From Macrostomum lignano (Eukaryota): 64,000 nt of DNA. Below, piece by piece: positions 50,210-62,207 of this stretch (its first letter is position 1; each line of letters starts with the position of its first letter). The stretch covers positions 70,528-134,527 of the forward strand of contig NIVC01001603.1 of assembly GCA_002269645.1 (NCBI GenBank), in the 5' to 3' direction. The notes under the pieces were generated by a model. That model was not told the origin of the DNA and ran no database searches. It saw only the letters and a list, made by a program, of their open reading frames with translations. Made by a program: the position numbers and the translations under genes.

Positions 50210-51251
50210 TCAAGACTCCAACGAGCAGGGCAGAACGCAAGCGGCTGGAAACAGGCCAGATCGTTGCGTACTGACGCTCAATCCTCGAAACCAGCCGTCT
50301 AATCGTTGGTTAAACACGCAGATTAATTCGCCTTTAGCAATGCTAAGCTCCGCATCTGTGGCAGCCGGTCTAGACTGAATGCACCGATAGAGTGACACGG
50401 CGCCGTCTTCGCTACGTTTTGACCAGCGCGAATGCTGATGCTGCCGGCTGTCACGGGGTACAGATGATGCTGGCAGCGGCGTAGATAAGCTGGACTGTTG
50501 CAGCTGCGACAAAATCGTTGTTGGTGTACCAGTGATCACTTCCGAACCGGAACGTCTCGACCAATGCTGCTGCTGTTGCAGCCGTCGCAGTCTGCCGTTA
50601 TTAGAACGGCTAAAGATGCTAAAGATGCTAAAGTTGCGCAAAAAGTGAAGAAAACTACGACCAGCAGTGACAGAGTTAGCAGAAGCGGCATTTTGTTCCT
50701 GTTGCTGAGGCTGCTCAGGCTTAACAATTGGACTGCTCTGAGTGCTATCTGAACTGGCGGCTGCTAACCCCGACTCAGCGGCTCTCAGCCTCCTTGGCGG
50801 CGGATTGCGCTGTTGTACTCGGCTGACCCGATTAGCCGGGAATAGGCCAGTTGCCATAGTAACCTGACACTGCCCGTGCAACCAACCATTCGGCTGTTTA
50901 GCTAATACAAGATATTTCCTATCCTTCACTAATGGCAGCAGCGATACCGCAGTAGACTGATTAGCGCAGTCGAGGCTAATAGCATCGGACGGTTGATAGT
51001 CGTACAGAGCGCAGACAACCGGATAAGCGTCGCATTTTTTCGAACTCTGATTGGCTGAAACTTTTCGTTGATTGCCAACAACAGGGCGAGTGCAAGCCAA
51101 TGGGAAATAGCCTTTGCGCTGGCCGATTCGTCCGTAGGCCCAGCCGGGCGCGGATGCTGTTGAGGCGGCGGCATCTGACGGTGCGTCGAGCGCTGTTGAA
51201 CAGCGGCGACTAATTATTTCAATAAGGTCGCCCGGTCGAAGCTCCAGGTAT
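50210..51251 (-). CDS. SH3RF/POSH-like E3 ligase exon 2 (rest of SH3-1, SH3-2, C-terminal SH3)
   Basis: YLELRPGDLI...GWAYGRIGQRKGYFP; ALYDY...GWLHG...GLFPAN; ELSIAKGELI...DGWFRG...GLFPAACV. Acceptor aaccag|, phase 2. Confidence 0.85.
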
Positions 51252-52365
51252 CTGGTTGGACATGGGCAGAGATTTAATAATGAGAAAGCAATATAAAGAA
51301 AGCTATTTAGAAGGTTGCTTTTTGCGTTCTGTTCCCATTTCAAAAGTGTATGTTTGTAAAAAGTCAACCTTCAAAGAATTGTTTAGGAAAACAATAAATT
51401 GGCCTCTATAAGGGGTGGCAAAGATTCCGTCTGTGGTCGCCACTTTTGAGAGTGCAGGTAAAGTCTCGATAACTCTGCGGGTGACGCAACTCAGCTACGC
51501 CGCGCCAGACTTGAATTAAGAAACGAAGTGGGGGGAGCGGTGTGCGAGGGTTGGACGGATTAAAGCTACCCCAATCAGTGTTCTCGTATCTTTTATTTCA
51601 AAATAATTCAAGATAAATTGATCACTGGCGCATAGAGTGGCGACTTTTCAATGTTGCTGAGTATAAGTAGCGCAGGGTGTCATCACCATTGAGTCACGGG
51701 TCATAATGATATTTGAAGGAGGGCCTAGCACATTTATGTAGCTCGCTCATACGGTACATACATTCCCAACTTATCGACCGCCTCTCACTCTCATTGCTGA
51801 TCGCCCCCACCCCATATTGTCGCTCTCTTGAGTTAGTTAAGCTTTCACTCAAAATTATCAATACCGACCCAGAGAATACCCGGTTCATTTTCATCGCATT
51901 ATAGCTCATTGTCATCGGCATCGGATGTGCATCGGTCATTTAATCATCAGGCACATACGTAAACGTACTCGTACATGCGCAATACACGGCCGACCCGGCC
52001 GATCCAGCTTGCGAGGGGCCCAGCCAAAGCAAGTTGTAAAAATGCGCACCCAAAAATTGACGTAGTACTAGTTAGATGACGAGGCATTTAGTCTTGATAA
52101 AAACAGTTATAGTTACTCCCGCCGTTTACCCAAAATGCATTATTTTTTCTTTAGGTTTCTTTCACAGGTAAGTCACACGGCCAGTGTAAATCAAGGGGTT
52201 GCGCATGTTATGTATGATCAGGCATGTACACATTCTCTGTGCCCAGGAAATTGGCCCTCAATGGGTGTGAATGAATTATAAAGTTGTAGTTCTACCAACA
52301 AAATAAATGTTAGAACTGCTATAATGAAGTCAATAATGTAAGAATTTAATGTAACAAAACCCTAC

Positions 52366-52940
52366 CTGGAGTCAGTTGATCTGTAATTAAATTCGCGAGT
52401 AGCAGTGCAGAAATCGCCAGATAGCACAGTCAAAGTACACGACTGTCTTTGCTGACGCCTCCTACAGTTACTATTAGCACTATCGCCGCTGCTTTTAGAA
52501 GCAGAAGAATCTAACGAAGAATGATGCTTTTGTTGCAATTCGTCCAACTCGTTGCACAATCGATTCAGCTGTACATTTGGCGGCAAATCGTCTGCTCGAA
52601 TAGCGGAAATAGGCGCGCGACATTCTGGACAAACTGGGCCACCGATTCTGGTTGAATCACCTGCCGAACTTGTGCAGCTGTCTAATAATTTAGCTAAGCA
52701 GCTTCGACAGAATGCATGCTGGCAAGGCAGTACCCGACTATCAGCTGATGGATCTAGCATTGATTCGAAACAGATTGGACATTTGATAGCCGATTTGATT
52801 ATGTTTCGACATTGATTGAAATGGTACGCCTTTGGCTGCTCTGATTCCTGTTGCTTTTGTTGAGTTTCATTACTATTGTTAGCATTGCTTCGACTTCGGT
52901 TGCGTCGATTGCGTCGTGGAACAGGTGGAACCTGCATCAT
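52366..52940 (-). CDS. SH3RF/POSH-like E3 ligase exon 1 (C3HC4 RING and start of SH3-1); spliced product ~538 aa
   Basis: CPICFESM...RVLPCQHAFCRSCL...CPECR...DDLPPNVQLNRL matches the SH3RF-type RING. Donor AG|GTAGGG. Confidence 0.85.
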
Positions 52941-53262
52941 TGTAATCTCTATTTAATTTAACCTCCAGCCAGTAACTGTTTGGTTTCAGTGTGGATAGCC
53001 AAAGAAATTGCAAGATTATCTGAAACATGGCAAACATAGAATAGACTTTTATTTATACAGAATACGCAAGTGTATGTTTTGCACTGAGTTTACTCATGAG
53101 CTTATTGTTATTTCTATTATTTTGTTGATAACAGGATGAAATGTGTATGCTGGTACTTAGTCCACATTCACACATTTATTTTATTTTTTTGTTGCTATGT
53201 AAAGAAGAAACAATAAATACAGAATAAATACTTTCTATTATCTAGATTACTTGATAACTATT

Positions 53263-53380
53263 GGGGGTTGTAGCCTAGTGGTTTAGAGCATTAGACATAC
53301 AACTTGAAGGTCAAGGGTTCGATTCAAGATCCTACTGGAACAACTTGTGTCCTTAAGCAAGATTGTGTCCTTGAGTACAA
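53263..53380 (+). mobile_element. Family B SINE, 3'-truncated and CpG-eroded
   Basis: GGGGTTGTAGCCTAGTGGTTTAGAGC...GGTTCGATTC...TGTGTCCTTAAGCAAG. Confidence 0.7.
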
Positions 53381-55429
53381 TATTTTCATTTTGTTTATCT
53401 TCTCGTCTTTTCCATCTTAGCCTGTCAAACTTGCAAATTATCCCAAGTTTGCTATAATTTTTCTGGATAGATTAGTTAGGACATCCAGCAGTTGCATAAT
53501 GCAATAAATCATTGGGTTTGTATAAATGATAAACAAATTACAAAATCCGAAACTACAGATATTAAGTACAACATATAGCTAATGTAGCACTTAAATTCAG
53601 CAGGCATACCTATCATTTCTTTCAAAATCATTGGGAGGAATTAAGATAATCCTATATTCCAGGTTCAATCAAGATTTCAATGTTAAGCAGTAGTAGCTAA
53701 CTCTAAAAGTAGGAAGCTTAGGTAACCTAATGCTATAGCATACAATTTGACAATGGCCACTTAAACTTGGCCTAGGAAATTGTCATTGGTAATAAGTCCT
53801 GGATCTACAATCTATCAGCCTACTGGACTTCAGTAACTGAACTTGAATGAGTGGCATCTTACTATCTAAGAACTGAGATTGCCACATTATGAAGCCCTAA
53901 TACCACTTATAAAAAGTGTAAGCTATTATTGACTAGTGGTACATTAATATATACCTGCTAGAAATGCTTAGCACTCTTTCTATGCATTGTCCAAGGGCTT
54001 GAGCTTGAGGCATCCTTTATTAAGACAATATCCTAGTCCAAAAGACAATATCCTAGTCCAAACAGTGGAATTCCTGACAAGAGAGCATCTCTCATGACTA
54101 TAGCTTGGCTATCAACTCTAAGCCTCAACCTAGTAATATTGCTTGGTTTCCAAGATAAGCATATGCCACCTTGGTATATAAGACTTGCAAAAAAGTTCAA
54201 GCAATGTGACTAATGGCTAGGGTTATTGCACAAAATATAATAGTTTTGCAAAAATGCAAGCAAACAGATAGAGCAAATAGACATGGTAATAGTATTGATG
54301 AAACTATTATATACCTTTGTGTCCTCTAGTTACAATGTATATAAGCCTAAATCAGATTATTATTCACAAAGTACAAAGGTCAAGCCATTTCAATATAAAG
54401 TATCATTAAACTTATCATAATATCAACTTCAATTTAATGCAGAAAAAGACAAAATTGTTTTGCCAACACTAAAGAAGACAATCTATTCTAATCTTGAATT
54501 TAACACCTTTTGCTTTGATCTGGAGTCCTGGACACTAATGATTACATTGCTATTTGTGCAACATATGCTAATGACACTCCAAAGCAAAGCTCTAAATAGC
54601 ATTTAACAACCTTGGTTGCTTCTATTAGTAATTGTTCTCCTAAGGAAAGCTAGCAATTGTAAAGTTCCAAGTCTAAATATAGCAACCAAAACCCAATTGT
54701 TGCCTGCTAAAAGAATCACAAAAGACAATTTGTTGAATCAAGTTAGATTCTAAAATAAAGATTAGAACCTAAACTAATATCTATGCTAAGTAGCTTTCTA
54801 GACTACTTGTAAGTCCAACTGCTAAGCAACAAACTAGTGAAAAAGCTTTTGATACCAAAATTACAAAAATATTAGAAATATTTCCTTTAAACAAGATAAG
54901 CTATACAGTATAAGAATTAAATTTTTATATATCAAGTCTCTGTCCTCTAATGTCCTCTAATTTTTCATATATTTATTAAAATTAAAATAAAGAGAAAAAA
55001 CTATCATTATTAGTGCAGTAGGTACTAAGGGTTGTTGCAATAAATAAAATATCTATTGCAAGGTTTGTGGCTTAGTTGGCCTACTGATGTGCCCAAGAAT
55101 TTTCCAATGAATGCCCTTTTTAAGTGCCAGCTTATGGTCCTCTAAGATTCAAGAATAAATCTCAGGTTTGAACCTAGGAAAGCTATTGAGCCAGATAATC
55201 ACAAATTGGATACTAAGTATTTTTGATATCCTATTTAGATTAGACAAATAAATATGGGGCCTTAAGTAATAACCTATGCCTAGTTAGCAGTTAGCACTAG
55301 TAGCAATGTCACTTCACATTTAGTCAACGTCACTTTAGGACCTAGTGACAAAGCTACTTTGCACTTAGTCAGTGTCACTATAGGATCTAGTGGCAATGCT
55401 GCTTTGTTTGTTCTTCAAGCAGATTCTAT

Positions 55430-56061
55430 GGGAGCACGAGAAATGCCCGCAGACGAATTGCCCGCCGAGATTTGCCCGCAGGAGATTTGCCCGTGGAGAT
55501 TTGCCAGTCGAGCTTTTCCCGCCGAGATTTGCCCGCAGTGAATTTTGCCCGTTAGCGAATTGCCCGTGGAGATTTGCCCGCCGAGAATTGCCCGCCGAGA
55601 TTTGCCCGCAGTGCAATTTGCCCGCGAGGGAATTGCCCGCGAGCGGTTTGCCCGCTGAGTTTTTTTCCCCCCGAGATTTGCCCGCAGTGCAATTTGCCTG
55701 CAGCGCATTTGGCCACGTGGCAGATTTTTTCTGCATTGCCTTCCCAATGCTTACAATCAAAACGATCAACAATCAAAACGTTTTGATAGTTACTGCATAT
55801 CAAATGCATATTTTTAGGGGGGGGGGGGCAATGTAGACAGAATCTGGCTGCCAAATGCGCTGCAGTAAAAAAAGCATTGCGGGCAAACCTCGGCGGGAAA
55901 AAAACTCAGTGGGCAAACCGCTCGCCGGCAATTCACTCGCGGGCAAATTGCACTGCGGGCAAATCTCGGCGGGCAATTCTCGGCGGGCAAATCTCCACGG
56001 GCAAATCTCCTGCAGGCAAATCTCGGCGGGCAATTCGTCTGCGGGCAATTCTCATGGACCC
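55430..56061. mobile_element. Foldback-type MITE (632 bp) with long modular TIRs and an 8-bp TSD
   Basis: Perfect TSD GATTCTAT (55422-55429, 56062-56069). Left arm of TTTGCCCGC modules mirrored by GCGGGCAAA modules in the right arm; both ends begin GGG. Confidence 0.85.
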
Positions 56062-56882
56062 GATTCTATAGCTAGAATCTTGCAAAATCAAAATCCTTCT
56101 ATATTTAGGATAATAGTCTAGCATGAAGATTCAGCCTTCACAGTGCTAAGCATTCTAGAATTGCAAAGCATAGCTTTGAATCCAATAAAGCATATATTTT
56201 TATATTTTGTAGACAAAAATACTCATTTGTAAATATTTTGAGCTGTTATAAAATGCTAAAAGTAAAGTAATAGAATCACCTATAGCTAACAATCTCCATT
56301 ATGTGGCCACCTAATATTACTAAAAATAACAATGTCTTCTTATCTCATCTATTTAGCATACAATGACCCACTATTATGCTTGACAGACTCCTGCTTTTTA
56401 TAGTAATCAAACTTTATCTGTGACTAGATCTGACAATAAAGAAAAAAAATAAGGGAAGTATAGAGGATAGCAATAGGGACAACACTTTGCAACTCTAAAA
56501 ATAGGGATATTTTTATAATAAACATGAAGGAATAATTTTTGCATTATGGACAACCTATATTAACTATAAGATAGACCTACTCTAATAGTTTTTATATAGT
56601 TTTTATAGCTACAACAGATATCCAATTGTAATTACACAGAGATGCCTAGAGTGCCAAGTTGAACAACCTATGCCATTGTAAGTATCATCTTGCTTCTGTT
56701 ATTTAGGGGTTTAATGCCAGTAGGACATAGTCACCAGGGCCTGTGCATTTGCTGCAACCTTGGTTGCTGGTCTACTGCCTACACTTTTGTACAACAGTAG
56801 GTTAGCAAGCAGCAAGACTGGGGCTAGTCCATCTGGGATATAACAAATTTTTAATCTTATAAATATGAGTATAATTTGCATT

Positions 56883-57754
56883 TAGTGTTCGGAGCAAGAG
56901 TCCTGCAATTTTTCGTGCCTGGGGTAAATTTTTGCGCCTATGAGTATGCCTAGGGGCATAGTCTATTGAAAACAACAGGTAAATCCCGGTAATGTTCAAA
57001 TTTTAGCCCTTAAAAGTATTTTCAGTGCCTAAGTTCCTGTACTAATTTCTGCAGTGCATTTTACATAAACAAAAATAAATCCACAGCTGGAAAAACACAA
57101 AAATGATTGCAAACAAGGACTCCAATTTAACCCACAAATTCTTTAGAATATGAGCAGCTTGATCTTGAGCCTCAATTAATACACTGCCATCAAATCAAAC
57201 CCTGGGGAAAGTGGAATGAAGCCTTTCATGAACTGCATGCCCTCCATTCTACCTGTTAATTACATCCAACTTCCTTTTCTACTGGCGTCTCATCTGGTAG
57301 ATGGGCACATCACTGGTCTACTGCATTTTCTTAGCTCAATCTTCTATAATAATGCACAAAACACACAACACAATATTTCTTTATATTATTCTTGTCCCCT
57401 TGGAGGAAAATAACTAGTAGCAACTAGGAAGACAACAAGGCAAAGCAAGTGGTAAAAGTACTGGAATGAAATAACACGGGACTCAAAAGGCAAAAAAGTT
57501 TGGTGTACAGGCTACAAACATGGTTTACACAAAGTTTTGGAAATTTTAATTTAAATTTTAATAACACAGAAGTGACAGACAAGTAGAAAAAAGCAGCAAA
57601 ATTGTGTGTATAGGCAATTAGATGAAACAGGGCTTGAAAATTCGCGCCATTGAGGAGCCAAAAAAATTGTGCCATGGCTTTGGAATTTGCAGATTCGCGC
57701 CTGTCCGAGCCATTTTCGCGCCAAGCGCGAATTTGCTCTATGCTCCAAACACTG
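56883..57754. mobile_element. Non-autonomous hAT-like element (872 bp)
   Basis: 14-bp TIRs TAGTGTTCGGAGCA / CAGTGTTTGGAGCA; 8-bp TSD TTTGCATT / TTTGTATT. Confidence 0.7.
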
Positions 57755-57841
57755 TTTGTATTTGCTTATAAATTCTCAACTCATTGCATAGATTTTTGTT
57801 TTTGATTTTGATTATTGTATAGTCTTGTTTTTAGCCTTCAA

Positions 57842-58815
57842 ATGGAAAATATCATTTTTGATCAATAGGTATTTCATGTTTTTATGTCATTGCAGTTTGG
57901 ATAAGACAAAACACCACTAATATTTGATGCCAAGCTAGTCTAAGTTGTAGCAGATTAGGTCCTTTTATACTATACTATTGCCTATTGGATCCAATAGGTC
58001 AATGCTAATCAATGCTTTATGACAAATAGCCCCCATTCTAAGAAGCCAATAATATTTGTAACTGAGCAGAACATTAGAGCTCTGCTACAGCTAATAGATA
58101 AAGATTCTAATATCACCATTGTATTGCTTAGCCAGACAATCAGCATTTCTAATGGCAGTGTCCAAACTATCCAGCTTGACCATATTGACCTCCCTAAGGT
58201 TATAGCCCATTAGGTGCCTCATGCACTAACTGCAGAGCAGAAGCAAAAGAGGGTTCAATGCAGCCAAGAATTTCTGTGATGCTTTGGCAAAGGTAGCACT
58301 AAACAACTTACTAATATTGTGAATAGTGACAAAAAGTGGTTATACTAATTCCAAGTACCCCATAAGAACCAAAACAAGGTTTGGACTAGTTCCAATAAAG
58401 ACCATCCAACTGTTCTACACCTTGGGTTTTGCTTACAAAAGCAGATGTTTGTTGTCTTTTTCAGCATCAATCCGCCAGAGACAGTTGTTATAGTGCCAAA
58501 TGCATAGAACATCAATGCCATATTCTATACTAGTGAGGTTTTGCCTAGAGTTGTGACTTTAGTCATAGAAAAGTAGCCAACTTGCCTCCAGTGGCAGAAT
58601 TCATTTGCACCATAGCAATACCTATAGCCACATTGTGGCCATGACAACTAGCTTTTTGGCTGATAACAAGCTCAATATGATATTGCACTCTTTATACAAT
58701 CTTGACTTAGTGCTTTGCTACTTCTGGGCCTTCCTACAGCAGACCGAATGCATGGATAGATGCCATTTTCAGTAGCCCCAAGACCTGGCTCACTATATCA
58801 ATTAGATTAGCAACA
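57842..58815 (+). pseudogene. Decayed Tc1/mariner (mariner-type) transposase
   Basis: Relics of mariner motifs: *VPHALTAEQKQKR (WVPHxL), IVNSDKKW (TGDEKW), LHHSNTYSH (HDNARPH), HSLYNLDLVLCYFW (HPPYSPDLAPxDF). About 12 stops and one frameshift near 58600. Confidence 0.85.
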
Positions 58816-61800
58816 AGATTTTTATTTTGTACTAAGCTACATATTTTCTTTATTTAGTAGATAAATATCTATCTATAGGTCAGGTTACAATACAATAAAA
58901 GCTGAAGCCAAAAGAAATGATTATTATATAATATAGTTCTACTATAATATCTATCTATATTATCTATATATCTATATTTAATATAAATTACTAGAAGGTC
59001 AATCTATAAGAAATAAGTGAAATATAAATACCTAGGCTTATTATTGATTTAGACATTTAAAGCTGAGGCTATCTTGATGTATGGCCATCTTGATCATGCG
59101 CCTTGGTGATGACAATGTATCAAATTGAGATGAATGATAAGTATTTTTTATCATTTCATGCTTTTCTAATTAATGTTATATAAAAATATATGAGCTATAT
59201 TTTTATTAGTTTTAATCACAGTATGGACTATATAGTGATCATATAGAATTCTGAATGTCAAATTTGAAGGTCTATTCAATGTATAATGATTATTATAAGA
59301 TTTAAAATCTATTACTCTTTGCAATTAATTGTATTCATTTATTTTGTATATTACTTATTATACCAATGACTAAATTGCTCTATAGTTTCATTATAGCTAA
59401 AGAGATAAATATCAAATTGCACTTTTGCAGCTACACTTTGATCTCCAAGGCATCTTGATTAGTCTTGAATAGGCCTATTGTCTTACATAGCCTATTTGTA
59501 AGAAGGTATGTAGGCTAAAAGCTATATCAACTTGCCTTATGATGCTCATAGAGTTGTTTAGGCAGTGCATCAGTGCCTCATTTATACAAAATACCAATAT
59601 AGAACTTTAGGCTCTAATTTATCTTTTATATAATGTGTACAATTAATTAGACTATTGCATTAGGCCTACAGTATGCTACTATAATTCATTAAATACTTAT
59701 ATAAAACTTTTATATATATATTGTTGCTAGGCCTCTATCTAATGTTTGACAGTTTGCATGCCTAAATTTCTTCTAATTTTTATAGCATGATGACAGTATA
59801 TTTATAATGCAATTCCTTTTTTCTATCAAAAATATTCTTTTAAACAATAAATTTTACTACCCTTATTTAATAGGTGAACATCCATAGACTTTTAAATACA
59901 CTCTATATGTCCAAGGCATTTGAGTATCTTATTGATGACATTTGGTATAATTAAAAAAAGTAACCTGCTAGTGCTAGCAATCCTTCTATACCTCCCCTCC
60001 CATAAATACTTTGCTTGCTTTGTGGTAAAACATTTAAAGAAAATAGGTTTAGCTCTTAGTTTTTCATTAGCAAATTGTTCTTTATTGAAAATAGCCTATA
60101 TTATAAAATTTATATTAATGCTAGTGAAATATGTTTTTTCCATTAGAATGCATATATTGTAACACTATAACCTATTCAAATATACCTTAAGTCTAATATA
60201 GCATAGGCCATAGGCCTAATCTAATCTGTATCAATGAGTATTTTGATTACTTAATTTACTCTGTGCTATTCAAAGTGCAGTTTTTACATGTGCATGCAAC
60301 TTTGCCTAAAAAATTTATATACTATATTTTAATACATTGGTATATTAATAAAAAGAAATAAGTTAAAATATAGACTTAGGCTTATTATTATCTATTTAGA
60401 CATTTACATTTAGAGCTATGGCCATGTTGATATAGGCCCTATTTTAGGCCTATGTGGTAGGCCTATTTGATTTCTTAGTGTAATATAAGCTAATAGTCAG
60501 TAGTCAACATTAGAAAATCAAATTTATCAACTAAGTATATTAAGGTAGCCTTTAGATAAGGCCTATCTTGTAGGGCCTAAATACAAAGCTGCACTTGGCA
60601 TGCGTGATAAGATTAAGAAGACTTAGTTAGGCCTAGGTAAAGATGAAATCTATCAACTATGCTACATGTTTAATTTTGATTGAAATTATGAAGTGTGACA
60701 AATCCATTTTAGTATTGATTTCTTTAGGGCCTAGTCATATGATCAAGTTTTTTCTCGAGAAATCAATCGTATAGTGTAAACAAAATTTAGTGGAAATGAG
60801 AGACTTTCTTTAAAATTAAAACTGCTTAACAAAACGAATAATAGAAAACCTTAGGCCTATTAGTTTTTTTAAAGTACAGAAGTACTGCTATTGCTAATTT
60901 AGGGCTCACTTTCTATCTTTTTGTGTCCCAATTATTCTACTTTATAATCTAGGCAGGCACTGAAAAGCAAACTGGGGCACCGAAATTTTACGGGCACGGC
61001 AAAAAGCACAGGCATCAAAAAACATGGTTACTAGAGTTTACTACTATGGTTAATAGAGTTGAGGAATTTGATGTTGACAAATTTGATAGTATCCATGAGT
61101 ATTTAGACTGGGTAATCATTTTGTCAACTTAGTTGACAAAGTGACCAAAGTGTTAGGGCAACTTTATTGGTAGTTGACAAAGTGACCAATGCTTAGCTAA
61201 GGTCTTCCCAGTAATTTGCTTGTTGACAAAGTGACTAGGACCCATCTAGAATTAGGCCTAGCCTAGGCCTATTACTTTACTAAAGCAGCAAACAGCTGCC
61301 TATGCAACGATATTGTCAATCAGAGGGAATGAATTAGATGTTGACGAATTTGATAGCACCCATGATCGAGTAACTACTAGTACTAGGCATAGGCCTAGTC
61401 CTTAAGCTATTATATACATAAGCGACAAGCCTCCCTATGCAACAAACTCAACCTAAATACACCAGACGACTTATTATTAGTTTAATACCTTAGTATTAGA
61501 TAATTAGAACAAATTATTTTATTAAAAAACTCTAGGCTGGCTACTACAGCAGTACCGCTTCCGCTTGGCATTGGCATTAGACCTACTTGGATTTTAGGTC
61601 TACTTTTTCCTTTAATTTTAGGCGTTTAAATTTAAGCTTCCAGTGTCTATAAAACCAACTGGTCTAGGGCCTAACTACATGTGGAAATCTAGAAGCCGCC
61701 TAGTCGTGACTCGTGAGTCGTGAACAATGTCTTGTCTCCATAATTTCATTGATTTTACGCAAACAACACTGGCGAGCGTTGACATCTACTTCAAACAAAA

Positions 61801-62207
61801 TTGATTCTTAATTAAAAAGAAATTTAAACCTTTAACTTTAAGTATCAACAATGCATTTCTACTAGGCCTATACCTAAGTAGAACCCAACAAACTTTGCTT
61901 AAACCCTTAAACTTGTAAAATTTTAACTTTGTTTCTTTTTTACAGAAAGTTCAGCGCCGCGCTCGCGCTCTAACTTGCATGTACAGGCAGGCCTTCGGAC
62001 CCATCGACCTAAACTGAAGTTACTGAATTCGTTTTGGTAAACACAATGAATAATTATGTCTAGTTGAGGATTAAATTTAGGTATCTTACCTACGATTTAT
62101 AGAATACGATTTTAGAAACAATACTAATAGCAATATTTTTTATCGTTTTGATGTGTTTTGTTGAATTTACATACATTTAATATAGATCATTGAATATAGC
62201 CATACTC

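Noticed and set aside
53760-55200. Possible decayed transposase with Cys-rich motifs (CxKC...LC; YCKVC)
   Set aside because: Too degraded to assign a family or frame by eye.
57981-57998. Perfect 18-bp palindrome CCTATTGGATCCAATAGG
   Set aside because: Lies inside the decayed mariner reading frame and is probably coincidental.
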